Positions 16,809 to 26,354 of a DNA stretch of 64,000 nt are shown piece after piece. The DNA is from Patescibacteria group bacterium (GTDB lineage Bacteria; Patescibacteriota; Microgenomatia; Levybacterales; GWA1-39-11). The stretch's first letter is position 1; the number at the start of each line of letters is the position of its first letter. A program made the position numbers and the translations under genes. The stretch spans positions 237 to 64,236 of the forward strand of contig DASZYA010000001.1 of assembly GCA_035545675.1 (NCBI GenBank), in the 5' to 3' direction. A model generated the notes under the pieces. It made no database searches. It was not told where the DNA came from and saw only the letters and a list, made by a program, of their open reading frames with translations.

Positions 16809-19097
16809 TTAAACCGCATAGAGATTTTTTTGAAAATTGAAAAAAGTGGATCTAATCTTATCGACTCCTCCCAAAGCTTGCTCTGCATCCGAAACTGCCT
16901 GGTACTTTAAGTTAAGCAAATCAGGAAGTTTTTCCTCACTTAGTTCTTCCACTCCAGTATCGATGTATTTATCTAAGACAAATTCCAAAAAATCTTTTTG
17001 TTCTTTATTCAAACCGTTAAGAATAGTGCTTTTACTAGAAGCTACTCTCTTTTCTCTTGTAATTGGAGATGTTGCGAAGGAAATATAAGAAAAAACATCA
17101 AATAAATCACTGTCTTCTGCGTCAATCATTTTCTGTAATGTTTCCAATTCATCTTTTCCATATCCTAGTTCTGATATTTTGTCCAAGAAGACTTTTCTTG
17201 TTATTGGATTTGACCAAATCCTTCTTAAATCTTCTTCGTTCTTGAAGAAATCAGGAAGCGCACCGAAAATATTATTCAAGAATTCTTCTGCCGAGATTGG
17301 CTTACCATCTGCGCTCCAAAACGAAGTAGATATCATGTGCTGTATTTCTCTATCTTTTCCATCACGGAGTTTTATTTTTATTCTTGCTGGATGTTCTACA
17401 ATAGTCGTTGATTCTTCACGCTTTGCAGATGTATTTATAATTCTAGGAATTTTTGGATTATCAACGATTGAGTCGATTGGATCACCATCCCATTCCGGAT
17501 CTGAAAAATGCTTATATGCATCTACGAAATCTATAATTGTAAAGTACTCTTTTCCATCAAAAAGCCTAGTGCCTCGTCCAACAATTTGCTTAAACTCTAT
17601 CATGGAATTTATCGGGCGCATTAAAACTATATTTCTGACATTTCTAGCATCAACTCCAGTTGAAAGCTTTTGCGATGTTGTCAAAATTGTTGGAATTGTT
17701 CTTTCATTATCTTGAAATTCACGAAGATAATGTTCTCCCAATGCACCATCATTGGCCGTAACACGGACACAATAAAGTGGGTCTGGGTTTTTTTTAAGTT
17801 GATTTATTAAATCTCTGACAACCAAAGCGTGAGTTTGATTTGCACAGAATACAATGGTTTTTTCGTTTTGATTTATTTCAGAAAGCATTATTTTTACGCG
17901 AGCTGCTTCTCGCTCTCTTATTTCAATAATCTTATTAAAATCTGCCTCGTCATAGATTTTTCCCTCTTCAACTTCACCCTCAACAACTTCATCGTCGGAA
18001 GTGTAAACATAATCATCAAGAGTCGTTTTCACTCTTTTAACTTTAAATGGTGTCAAAAATCCATCATTAACACCCTCCTTTAATGAGTATGTGTAAACGG
18101 GCTCTCCAAAATATCTATATGTATCAACATTGTCTTTTCTTTTTGGAGTTGCAGTAAGACCTAGCTGAACAGCTGGCGAGAAATAATCAAGAATCCCGCG
18201 CCAATTTGACTCATCATTTGCTCCTCCTCTATGACACTCATCGATAACGATAAAATCAAAAAAATCCGCAGGATAATCCCCAAAATATGAAGTGTTATTT
18301 GGGCCGCTCATAAACGTCTGAAAAATTGTAAAGAAGATACTACCATTTGTCGGTACATTTCCTTTTTTCCTAATATCTGATGGTTTTATTCTGACTAACG
18401 CATCTTCTGGAAAAGAGGAAAATGCATTAAATGCCTGATCGGCCAAAATGTTTCTATCAGCTAAAAACAAAATCCTAGGGCGCCTTGAGCCATCACGAGT
18501 CAAATTCCATCTGGTCTGAAATAATTTCCAAGCGATTTGAAATGCAACCGAGGTTTTTCCGGTTCCAGTTGCCATTGTTAAAAGTATCCTATTTTTTTCT
18601 TCAGCAATAGCATACAAAACCCGATTGACCGCAATTTCCTGATAGTATCGGGTGCCATTTTGTCCCTCAAGAGGTATCGAGTCAAATTTTTCTTTCCATA
18701 TATTGTAGTTCTTATTTGTCAAGTTCCATAATTCATCAGGAGACGGGAATTTATCAATGTATTCTTCTTTTCCCGTGGACATATTGATTTGATAAATTTT
18801 GTGTCCGTTTGTGGAATATGTGTATTGAAGTTTTAGTTTGTCTGCATATTCTTTTGCTTGACCAACACCTTCGGTTTCATGCTCTCCTTCTGCTTTTGCC
18901 TCAATGACAGCCAATTTTTTATTACTGTAGACCAAAACATAGTCTGCTATTTCTGGTTTTCCTCGTCCACCACCAGGAATAATTTTCCCGTCGGTAAAAC
19001 GGAATTCACGTAAGACTTTTGACCTTTCAACCTCTCCCCAACCAGATAATTTGAGTAATGGATCAATCAATTCAGCTCGTGTCTCAGCTTCATTCAT
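16809..19097 (-). CDS. hsdR: Type I restriction endonuclease subunit R (EcoEI/EcoAI-like)
   Basis: NEAETR, ADYVL..IEAK nuclease motif, ATGTGKT, DECHR, TATP, QIVGRGTR, EcoEI-like C-terminus. Confidence 0.95.
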   Translation of the reverse strand: MNEAETRAELIDPLLKLSGWGEVERSKVLREFRFTDGKIIPGGGRGKPEIADYVLVYSNKKLAVIEAKAEGEHETEGVGQAKEYADKLKLQYTYSTNGHKIYQINMSTGKEEYIDKFPSPDELWNLTNKNYNIWKEKFDSIPLEGQNGTRYYQEIAVNRVLYAIAEEKNRILLTMATGTGKTSVAFQIAWKLFQTRWNLTRDGSRRPRILFLADRNILADQAFNAFSSFPEDALVRIKPSDIRKKGNVPTNGSIFFTIFQTFMSGPNNTSYFGDYPADFFDFIVIDECHRGGANDESNWRGILDYFSPAVQLGLTATPKRKDNVDTYRYFGEPVYTYSLKEGVNDGFLTPFKVKRVKTTLDDYVYTSDDEVVEGEVEEGKIYDEADFNKIIEIREREAARVKIMLSEINQNEKTIVFCANQTHALVVRDLINQLKKNPDPLYCVRVTANDGALGEHYLREFQDNERTIPTILTTSQKLSTGVDARNVRNIVLMRPINSMIEFKQIVGRGTRLFDGKEYFTIIDFVDAYKHFSDPEWDGDPIDSIVDNPKIPRIINTSAKREESTTIVEHPARIKIKLRDGKDREIQHMISTSFWSADGKPISAEEFLNNIFGALPDFFKNEEDLRRIWSNPITRKVFLDKISELGYGKDELETLQKMIDAEDSDLFDVFSYISFATSPITREKRVASSKSTILNGLNKEQKDFLEFVLDKYIDTGVEELSEEKLPDLLNLKYQAVSDAEQALGGVDKIRSTFFNFQKNLYAV

Positions 19098-19103
19098 AAT
19101 TAA

Positions 19104-20267
19104 TTATAGCTCGCCAGCGAATGCTTTTTGCAAAACAGACTTTTTCAACTCTTCCAAATCCGCCAACTTTTTTTTGTAATTTTCTTCGAGCCTCTTAGTC
19201 TCCTTTGAAAGTTCATCTAGCTTCTTAACAATTCCTTTTTGTACAGAAACCGGAGGGACTGAGATTTCTATATTTTCAATCATTGGTACAGTCAATTGCG
19301 GAATAGATGTTCCGGTATTCGAAAATTCGAAGTTTAGAGTTATGTAATACAAAAAAAATAAGTCTATTAATTCTTCATTCGGAATAAGAACAATTAATCT
19401 TACAACTGGATAAAAACTTTCTTCTCTGACTTCGGAATAGCCTATCGTACCTCTAGCTGATATTGTGATGGAGGGTCTTTTAACTTTTTCTATATTGGTA
19501 AACCCGTATAAGCCTCTATTTTTTACACCGTTAGCGAAAATTGGAACATTGTATTTTTCTGTTTTGACTTTAGAAAAATCATCTTTTGGTAAATCTCCAC
19601 CAGCGAATAACTTATCGCAGATGTCTTTTAGCCGTCGTTTTTGCCAACTTTGATTTGAAAGAACACTATTTAGATATGATTCGAAAAGCTCGCGAGAATT
19701 TTGCAAATTTTTTTCTGCATTTTCTTTAGCTTTATCAAGTTTTTCAAAGATCTGATCAAGTTTTTTGACAATTATTCTCTGTTCGTTAATTTCATGTGGA
19801 ATTGGAATTGGTAACTGTCTAACTATGTCTAGTCTTATTCTGGGTCGGGTAGTTCCTTTCTGTTGTGAATTTATAAAGGATCTGTTTTCTGGAGAATTCA
19901 AGTAATAAAGTAGGTATTTAGAATCTATATACTTTGCTCGTATTCTTACTAAGTCCGCAACTATAATTCCATCATCAAGATTATCAACAATTGCACATAC
20001 CCCAAGAGGATCGCCTAATTTTGTCATTATTATATCTCCATTAGTAAATGAATGTCTTATAAGTTTGTTGTATTTGTTTTTTGATACATAATCCATATTT
20101 TTAATTTCAAGCCCTGCATCTTTGATATTCTGAATTTTCAGCACAGGGGCTCCTTCTGAAGTATAATCGCTTCGTTTAAGATCAGATCCAAATGGCCCAT
20201 CAACTATATCCTGCTTGTAATTTTCACAAAAATCTATAAGTTTTTTTATCTGCCAATCATTTTTCAT
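19104..20267 (-). CDS. hsdS: Type I RM specificity subunit S
   Basis: Two TRDs, each followed by a P..(E)Q..IVKKLD helix; ends KAFAGEL. ATG 20267 overlaps the upstream stop (ATGA). Confidence 0.93.
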   Translation of the reverse strand: MKNDWQIKKLIDFCENYKQDIVDGPFGSDLKRSDYTSEGAPVLKIQNIKDAGLEIKNMDYVSKNKYNKLIRHSFTNGDIIMTKLGDPLGVCAIVDNLDDGIIVADLVRIRAKYIDSKYLLYYLNSPENRSFINSQQKGTTRPRIRLDIVRQLPIPIPHEINEQRIIVKKLDQIFEKLDKAKENAEKNLQNSRELFESYLNSVLSNQSWQKRRLKDICDKLFAGGDLPKDDFSKVKTEKYNVPIFANGVKNRGLYGFTNIEKVKRPSITISARGTIGYSEVREESFYPVVRLIVLIPNEELIDLFFLYYITLNFEFSNTGTSIPQLTVPMIENIEISVPPVSVQKGIVKKLDELSKETKRLEENYKKKLADLEELKKSVLQKAFAGEL

Positions 20268-21868
20268 TTGTATGCCCTTTCCCAACACATACTGAGTGCG
20301 TTGTACACAGCTGGCATTTCGTTTTGAAATTGATCTCGCGAAATTTTATTTGCCACTTCTTTCGCATAATTAACCTTTTGTTTTCGTTTTTTTAAATCCT
20401 TAATTTCTTGATCGCTTTTTTTGAAACCGTTGGGATAATATTTTTCGATTGCACTTTCTGGATGATCATAAAATAAATCCGGAAAGAGTTCTGGGAAACT
20501 ACCTTTCAATTTATTTTCATCATCTGTATTAGTAGAATCTTGTAACACCACAACTTTACCTTTATATACAGGGTTCAAGCTAAGCGGCGTATACACTTTG
20601 TGCAAACCTTCTAAAGTCCTTGCTGTTTGTATGCTGTCGCCGTTCGCAGGAACAATTTGGATCGACGACATCTCAGGATAATAATTCTTAATTATTATTG
20701 TAAGAAATGATACTTCAGTCAGCCCCTCAACAATAAGGAAATTTGATGGTAGTAGAAGATCAGCCGGACTTCCCCCCAGCAACTGATATACAATTTCCTG
20801 CTTTTGAATTTTTTCTGCAACTGGAGATACTAAGGTTCTTTTATCGATTTTCTCTACTTTGTACAGATTTTGTAGATCATGGTCATCAACAACAAGAACA
20901 GAGGAATGTGTATTTATAAAAACTTGATCACCACGCTCAGAAAGTTCTAATAAACAATTTTTCAATGTGCGTTGAGCCGATGGATGAAGATGAACTTCTG
21001 CCTCATCTATAAAAAACAGAAATGTTTTACCGATATCCTCGCGTTCACGTCTGTAATCGGCATAAGCTTGAATAATTGACAACATTAGAGCCCTTTGCAT
21101 TCCGTCACCCTTTTCAGAAGCATCAGTAGAAACGCCATCGTCAACAGTAGTTTCGAAATTCTTCAAAAGATCTTCAAAATTAGGCGGAGAAACTTCAAAG
21201 GTCACATCCGTACAATCTGGAAATTGCTTAACTAAATATGCCTTGACTTTACCACCAATATCATCCAATTCTATTCTAACTTTTGAACCGTTGTCTTTAA
21301 ATAAATTGTTAAATTCTTCCTGAAATTTAATATATTGATCGTCGCCCTCTAATATTGACTCTAATACATCAGAAAGCATTATTCCTATCGGTGTAGTTTT
21401 ACCATATTTTGCCAGATCTTGATAAAACTTTTTCGTACTAATATATTCAAATTTTGGCAGAAAATCATTCAAGGCGGCATCGAATCCGGTTCCAGTCTCT
21501 ATTGGTTTATTGTCAATTAAAAATCGTCTTTTGTTATCCGAAGTTCTGATTACCTCCACATTATCTACTTCTCCAATAATTTTAGCTATTGTCGTCTGAT
21601 TCTTCACATTTTGCATTTTTTCTAACCCATTTTTGGCTCCTGAGAAAACTATAGATACTGATACCGGATTGTTCTCAGGATCTCGCTCTCTGCAAATTTC
21701 ATTCAGTGGCTCATCTTTTTTTGTCCCGGTGTAAAACCAGTCTATTGCTTCGAAAAAGTTAGTTTTACCATGATTGTTTTGTCCTACTAAAACATTGAAT
21801 CCTGATGGCTCCAAAACGACTTCTTCAATCGAACGATAATTTTTAACTATTATTTTAGCTATCTTCAT
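20264..21868 (-). CDS. ABC-type ATPase plus TOPRIM protein (OLD/GajA-like ATP-dependent nuclease)
   Basis: NYRSI, Walker A GQNNHGKT, signature KGDGMQR, Walker B IDEAEVHLHP, NTHS, TOPRIM VEGLTE. Confidence 0.85.
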   Translation of the reverse strand: MKIAKIIVKNYRSIEEVVLEPSGFNVLVGQNNHGKTNFFEAIDWFYTGTKKDEPLNEICRERDPENNPVSVSIVFSGAKNGLEKMQNVKNQTTIAKIIGEVDNVEVIRTSDNKRRFLIDNKPIETGTGFDAALNDFLPKFEYISTKKFYQDLAKYGKTTPIGIMLSDVLESILEGDDQYIKFQEEFNNLFKDNGSKVRIELDDIGGKVKAYLVKQFPDCTDVTFEVSPPNFEDLLKNFETTVDDGVSTDASEKGDGMQRALMLSIIQAYADYRREREDIGKTFLFFIDEAEVHLHPSAQRTLKNCLLELSERGDQVFINTHSSVLVVDDHDLQNLYKVEKIDKRTLVSPVAEKIQKQEIVYQLLGGSPADLLLPSNFLIVEGLTEVSFLTIIIKNYYPEMSSIQIVPANGDSIQTARTLEGLHKVYTPLSLNPVYKGKVVVLQDSTNTDDENKLKGSFPELFPDLFYDHPESAIEKYYPNGFKKSDQEIKDLKKRKQKVNYAKEVANKISRDQFQNEMPAVYNALSMCWERAYK

Positions 21869-23325
21869 AAGATGTTAGCTAGAATTTTATCAAGAAGCTT
21901 GCTAGATTGATTATTCAAATCTCTCATCTCTTTCAGAATTTCTTTTGGACTGCGTAGTGTATTTTCATCTTTTTTGTTTGGGTTTTTGGCGGAAAGATCA
22001 AGTGTTTTTTGATCAATATCTTTTACATCTACTGTCCAAGAATTTTGTGAATCGTCTTTTGTCTTTTGTAAAGTCAAAAACTCTTCGAGGTCTTTATCAC
22101 TCAAAGGATTTGTTTTACCAAGATTTCGATTTAAGCTTAATTGGTAGTACCAAATTTGTTTGGTTGCGCTTCCCTTTTCAAAAAATAAAATCACAGTTTT
22201 TACACCTGCTCCAGTAAACGTTCCACTGGGAAGATCAAGAATTGTATATAAATTACAAGATTCAAGTAATAATTTTCTTAGAGCAACTGAAGCATTATCA
22301 GTATTTGAGAGAAAGGTATTTTTAATAACTATTCCTGCTCTTCCCCCAGCTTTTAAGCTTTTAATAAAATGCTGCAGAAAAAGGAATGCAGTTTCAGAAG
22401 TTTTAATAGGGAAGTTTTGTTGTACTTCTGCTCTTTCACTACCGCCAAAAGGTGGATTTGCCAAAATAATGTCGTAGCGATCTTTTTCCTGAATATCCGA
22501 AATATTTTCAGCAAGAGTATTCGCGTGAATAATATTTGGAGTCTCTATGCCATGAAGTATCATATTCATAACTGCAATAATGTAAGGAAGTGGCTTCTTC
22601 TCTTTTCCGTAAAAAGTTCTTTTTTGAAGAATTTCCCAATCTTTTGGTGATAGTTTCTCTCTATCCTGAGCTAAATATTCAAAAGCTTCTACTAAAAATC
22701 CAGCCGATCCTACTGCTCCATCATAAATCCTATCTCCGATTTTTGGATTTACAACTTTTACTATTATTCTGATTAAGGATCTTGGCGTGTAATATTCTCC
22801 TCCATTACGCCCTGCATTACCCATATTCTTAATTTTTGCTTCATAAAGATGAGAAAGCTCGTGTTTTTCTTTTTGCGAGCGGAATCTTAAAGAATCTATA
22901 ATATCTAAGATCTCACGTAACGTATATCCACTTTGAATTTTATTTCTTATCTCGCTAAAAATTTCGCCGATCTTATAATCGATAGTTTCTGGGCTTTCTG
23001 CTTCTTGCTTAAATTTTCTAAGATATGGGAATAGCTCTTGGTTTACAAAATCTATTAAGTCATCACCGACCAATGCTTTATTGTGGTCTAATTTTCCGTC
23101 AGCCGTTTTTGGTGCTGCCCAAGTTTCCCAGCTGAATTTTGAGTCAATTATATTTTTGTAAGTACGGCCGGCCAGCTTTGCTTCAATTGCCTTATCTTTC
23201 TCAAGATCATCAAGATATTTCAGGAATAAAATCCAAGAGGATTGTTCTACATAGTCAAGCTCACTTGCAACACCAGCATCTTTTCTTAACGCATCATCAA
23301 TATTCTTAAAAGCCTGTTCGAACAT
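21865..23325 (-). CDS. hsdM: Type I RM N6-adenine methyltransferase subunit M
   Basis: GEYYTPR, DGAVGSAGF, NPPF. Confidence 0.95.
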   Translation of the reverse strand: MFEQAFKNIDDALRKDAGVASELDYVEQSSWILFLKYLDDLEKDKAIEAKLAGRTYKNIIDSKFSWETWAAPKTADGKLDHNKALVGDDLIDFVNQELFPYLRKFKQEAESPETIDYKIGEIFSEIRNKIQSGYTLREILDIIDSLRFRSQKEKHELSHLYEAKIKNMGNAGRNGGEYYTPRSLIRIIVKVVNPKIGDRIYDGAVGSAGFLVEAFEYLAQDREKLSPKDWEILQKRTFYGKEKKPLPYIIAVMNMILHGIETPNIIHANTLAENISDIQEKDRYDIILANPPFGGSERAEVQQNFPIKTSETAFLFLQHFIKSLKAGGRAGIVIKNTFLSNTDNASVALRKLLLESCNLYTILDLPSGTFTGAGVKTVILFFEKGSATKQIWYYQLSLNRNLGKTNPLSDKDLEEFLTLQKTKDDSQNSWTVDVKDIDQKTLDLSAKNPNKKDENTLRSPKEILKEMRDLNNQSSKLLDKILANIL

Positions 23326-23374
23326 ATCTGAAGCTAATTATAGCTCTTTTCTCTTACAATTGCTATTTATTTAT

Positions 23375-23797
23375 CTAGAATTCGTCGTATTGGATTTCTG
23401 TGATTTTGCCTTTTCTATCCTTAATAATCTTCACATTATTAATATTGTCATTTACTTTTCCAGCTCCGGCTAGATATCCCATCTTAAAAGCTTCATCCGT
23501 AATCTTTTGAAGTTGTTTTATTTTTCTAGCTGGTGTTACCTTGTTATTTACTACATCCTCAATTCTATCTTCTACTTTATTAAGCTTTCCAAAATTTACA
23601 TGTACTCCACTTTTATTTAGAATTAGTTTTTTGAGATCATCTATTCTAATAAGAATTAGAAGGAATGGAAGACAGGCAAAAGAGAGAACATAGTGCTCTT
23701 TTAGGAAAAAGGCGATTCCAAAGATAAGAAAGACAAGGGAGGCAAATATCTTCTCAAAGTTTTTGATTTTATAATCTAAGTTTTCCATTTGAGGCAT
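23375..23797 (-). CDS. Hypothetical membrane protein
   Basis: Two N-terminal TMs and a soluble C-terminus. Confidence 0.65.
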   Translation of the reverse strand: MPQMENLDYKIKNFEKIFASLVFLIFGIAFFLKEHYVLSFACLPFLLILIRIDDLKKLILNKSGVHVNFGKLNKVEDRIEDVVNNKVTPARKIKQLQKITDEAFKMGYLAGAGKVNDNINNVKIIKDRKGKITEIQYDEF

Positions 23798-23800
23798 TAA

Positions 23801-24451
23801 CTAATTTTCCTGAGGATCTTCTTTTTCTTGTCCTAGTTTTTCTCTAAGAATCTCCGCCTTATCTCTTGCAACGTATCGCAATAATGTAACAATTCCTCCT
23901 GCAACAAATTCAAATTGAGCTTCTTCATCATCTAATTCTTCTGCAATTTCTAGCATTACCTCTCCTAATTCCCTATACTCGCCGAAAGCTTCCCCTATTG
24001 ATTCTCCTAATGCTTTTTCTACCGGCTCTCCAGCATTGTAAGATTCTTCTGATTGTCTTTCAATAGACATAGCTTCATCAATATCCATTTGTTTTTTTCT
24101 TATATCTTCTGGCATAGCGAAATGTACGAATGCCATACCGGCAAGCATTGGACTCTCCCAAACAGATAGACTCGGTTCAACTATTCCACTACCCATTGTT
24201 ACTTCCTCCCCTTTATTGTGCTGATCAATTGCTCTTGCAATTTTCCCTGAAAATACTCTTTCTGAATAAAAAGCGTGCAAAAGAAAAAGGTAGGGCTGCT
24301 CATCTGTAAGCATGGTGGAAACTATATCAAAATCAGGAACTGGAGTTGGATTGGGATTAGTATCCGTTTCTTTTAAAGTCCTTATACCTGTTATTGATTT
24401 GGAACGCTCAATATCTTCTGGACCAATCTTAAATAATTCTCTTTCTGCCAT
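23801..24451 (-). CDS. Hypothetical acidic protein
   Basis: 216-aa ORF with TATAAT 6 nt before the ATG. Confidence 0.75.
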   Translation of the reverse strand: MAERELFKIGPEDIERSKSITGIRTLKETDTNPNPTPVPDFDIVSTMLTDEQPYLFLLHAFYSERVFSGKIARAIDQHNKGEEVTMGSGIVEPSLSVWESPMLAGMAFVHFAMPEDIRKKQMDIDEAMSIERQSEESYNAGEPVEKALGESIGEAFGEYRELGEVMLEIAEELDDEEAQFEFVAGGIVTLLRYVARDKAEILREKLGQEKEDPQEN

Positions 24452-24494
24452 AGGCGTATTATACTGCTTTTAGCCACGAATACCAAGTAACAGC

Positions 24495-25238
24495 TTAAAT
24501 TTTGTAGAGGGCGCGCACTGTTGTGGAGGGAGAATATGCTTCATATTTTGCCTTTTCGTCTTCGCTAATATATTTATCTGTAACACTAATGTTAGGAATA
24601 AGCTCCCCCAGTTGTGAGAAATGTTTATGAGACCAAGTAGATTTAAATGCCTCCAAAGTACTTGCCCCCTCACCTAATGCCTTATAAAAAGCGGCATGAT
24701 TATCTGAATCTGGATACCATTCTGCAAGAATGTGCGTAGGCTTAAAAGGCTTTAATACAGAATATGCCCAGGGGACAAATGTTGCAGCTCTCATTCCTGG
24801 ATAATGCTCTCCATCAACTTTCGTCGCAAGATCATAACTCAAAGCTACCACATTTGATGGGATAGTTGAGGCAAATTCTTCATCGAAACGTGCCATATGT
24901 TCCTTAAACAATCTTGGCCTTCTAATATGTGCATCCATTCTAAAATCCCAATTTTCTTTAGCGAATAATCTTACCGATGCTATGAATAAAAAACTTTCGG
25001 TTTTTAGAAGATTAATATCATATTCTTCCTCCCCTATTGCTACTGAGAGCGTACCCGCAAATCCAAATGGCATTTGACGAACAAGAGGAACAGGAACCTT
25101 ACATGCATCATCTTTAACGGCAAGATCACTCAATGGGGGATAGGGAAGATAAAATCCTTTCTCGAAAGGACCAACCGTACCCTCTTCAAGTATCCGAGGA
25201 GGTATACCTCTAAGATCATAATTGTCTGGGCTCGCCAT
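24495..25238 (-). CDS. Hypothetical protein
   Basis: 247-aa ORF with TATAAT 11 nt before the ATG. Confidence 0.75.
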   Translation of the reverse strand: MASPDNYDLRGIPPRILEEGTVGPFEKGFYLPYPPLSDLAVKDDACKVPVPLVRQMPFGFAGTLSVAIGEEEYDINLLKTESFLFIASVRLFAKENWDFRMDAHIRRPRLFKEHMARFDEEFASTIPSNVVALSYDLATKVDGEHYPGMRAATFVPWAYSVLKPFKPTHILAEWYPDSDNHAAFYKALGEGASTLEAFKSTWSHKHFSQLGELIPNISVTDKYISEDEKAKYEAYSPSTTVRALYKI

Positions 25239-25267
25239 ATTAGCCTCAAATTATAACATAGCCATAA

Positions 25268-25359
25268 TATTAACGGGTTAAAGGGTTAACGAGTTGCGAG
25301 CTGAAAGATTAAAGCATTAAAGAATTAAAGGATTAACGAATTGCGAACAACGACTTGCC
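25268..25359. repeat. Composite octamer/heptamer array, second copy of the 13573 element
   Basis: ttaacggg ttaaaggg ttaacgag ... ttaaagca ttaaagaa ttaaagga ttaacgaa ttgcgaac aacgacttgc. Confidence 0.85.
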
Positions 25360-25407
25360 ATCTACCATTAAATTGCCAGGTTTAAACCTATAATGTATAA
25401 TCTTCGA

Positions 25408-26307
25408 ATGTCTGAATTTGAAAGGAATACAAATCTTATCCCCCCACCAGTGGATAAAAGGTCTAAAAAAGGGGAATTAGTGGGAGCAATAGGCCTTATT
25501 GTTCCATACACAACTTTCGTAACCTACACAGCTCTTGAAATGAGCCTTGGTGGAAGTATAGAACAAGCCCTAATAAAAATGGGAATTGCTTCTGCAATTG
25601 AAGCGACCGCCCAAATTGCCTATGCAGGGGGCCTTAAATACTTACATAGACATAAAGAACTTACCGAACTTGAAGTCGCTCAAAAACATGTTGATTTATT
25701 CGAAAAAAGATTCGGACAAATGAAAACGATTGATAATTCACCCAAAATTGCGAGGACTCATTCAACCAAACTAGGAATAGACAAAGATAGATACGGAAGA
25801 CTTACCAAATTAACCGAGGCGGTCGTAGTTGGACGACAACAAGGTAACCAAATTACTCAATTTGATTTACTAATAGCTGATTTGGAATATTCAGGCCTAC
25901 ATGTAACGCATGAAAAAGTGTATGACAGTAATGAGACAATCGACTTCAGAAAAAACTTAACCCTACATGGAGCGGTTTTCCAAGACGAAAATGGAAAAAG
26001 AGGCATAATCCTAGCCGCAGAATATCTAATACACGATGCACCAGATCAAGCTGCGAAAGTAGTAGATTTATTAACCAATATGCTTGATCGATATAAAGTT
26101 GATCAAGGTTTCATAGGTTACGAGACCCGCAGCATTGGAAACATGTCTGACCGATTTGTTATTACAACAAATCAAAGCTATGGGAATATGGTTCGCGATA
26201 GACAAATCCATGAATTTGCTCAGAAAACTGGAATGACAAATAGTGAACTTATGAGATTTAGACTTTCGGGTCAACTCCCGAGCGAATTCAAAGACGAAGA
26301 TAGATAA
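25408..26307 (+). CDS. Hypothetical protein (paralog of 26355-27080) with N-terminal hydrophobic segments
   Basis: Shares LGID, DENGKRG.IL and MRFRLSGQ with the next ORF. Start MSEFER lies 6 nt after TATAAT. Confidence 0.8.
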   Translation: MSEFERNTNLIPPPVDKRSKKGELVGAIGLIVPYTTFVTYTALEMSLGGSIEQALIKMGIASAIEATAQIAYAGGLKYLHRHKELTELEVAQKHVDLFEKRFGQMKTIDNSPKIARTHSTKLGIDKDRYGRLTKLTEAVVVGRQQGNQITQFDLLIADLEYSGLHVTHEKVYDSNETIDFRKNLTLHGAVFQDENGKRGIILAAEYLIHDAPDQAAKVVDLLTNMLDRYKVDQGFIGYETRSIGNMSDRFVITTNQSYGNMVRDRQIHEFAQKTGMTNSELMRFRLSGQLPSEFKDEDR

Positions 26308-26354
26308 TCACCTCAGATTGTCACAATTTCCCCTATAGTATATAATGTCAGCTT

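Noticed and set aside
19104-20267. Phase-variable (shufflon) hsdS
   Set aside because: Single hsdS with no silent TRD copies, recombinase or flanking inverted repeats seen.
20264-21868. Gabija, PrrC or retron assignment
   Set aside because: No UvrD-like GajB, no HEPN RxxxxH motif recognised, no RT. Kept as OLD-like.
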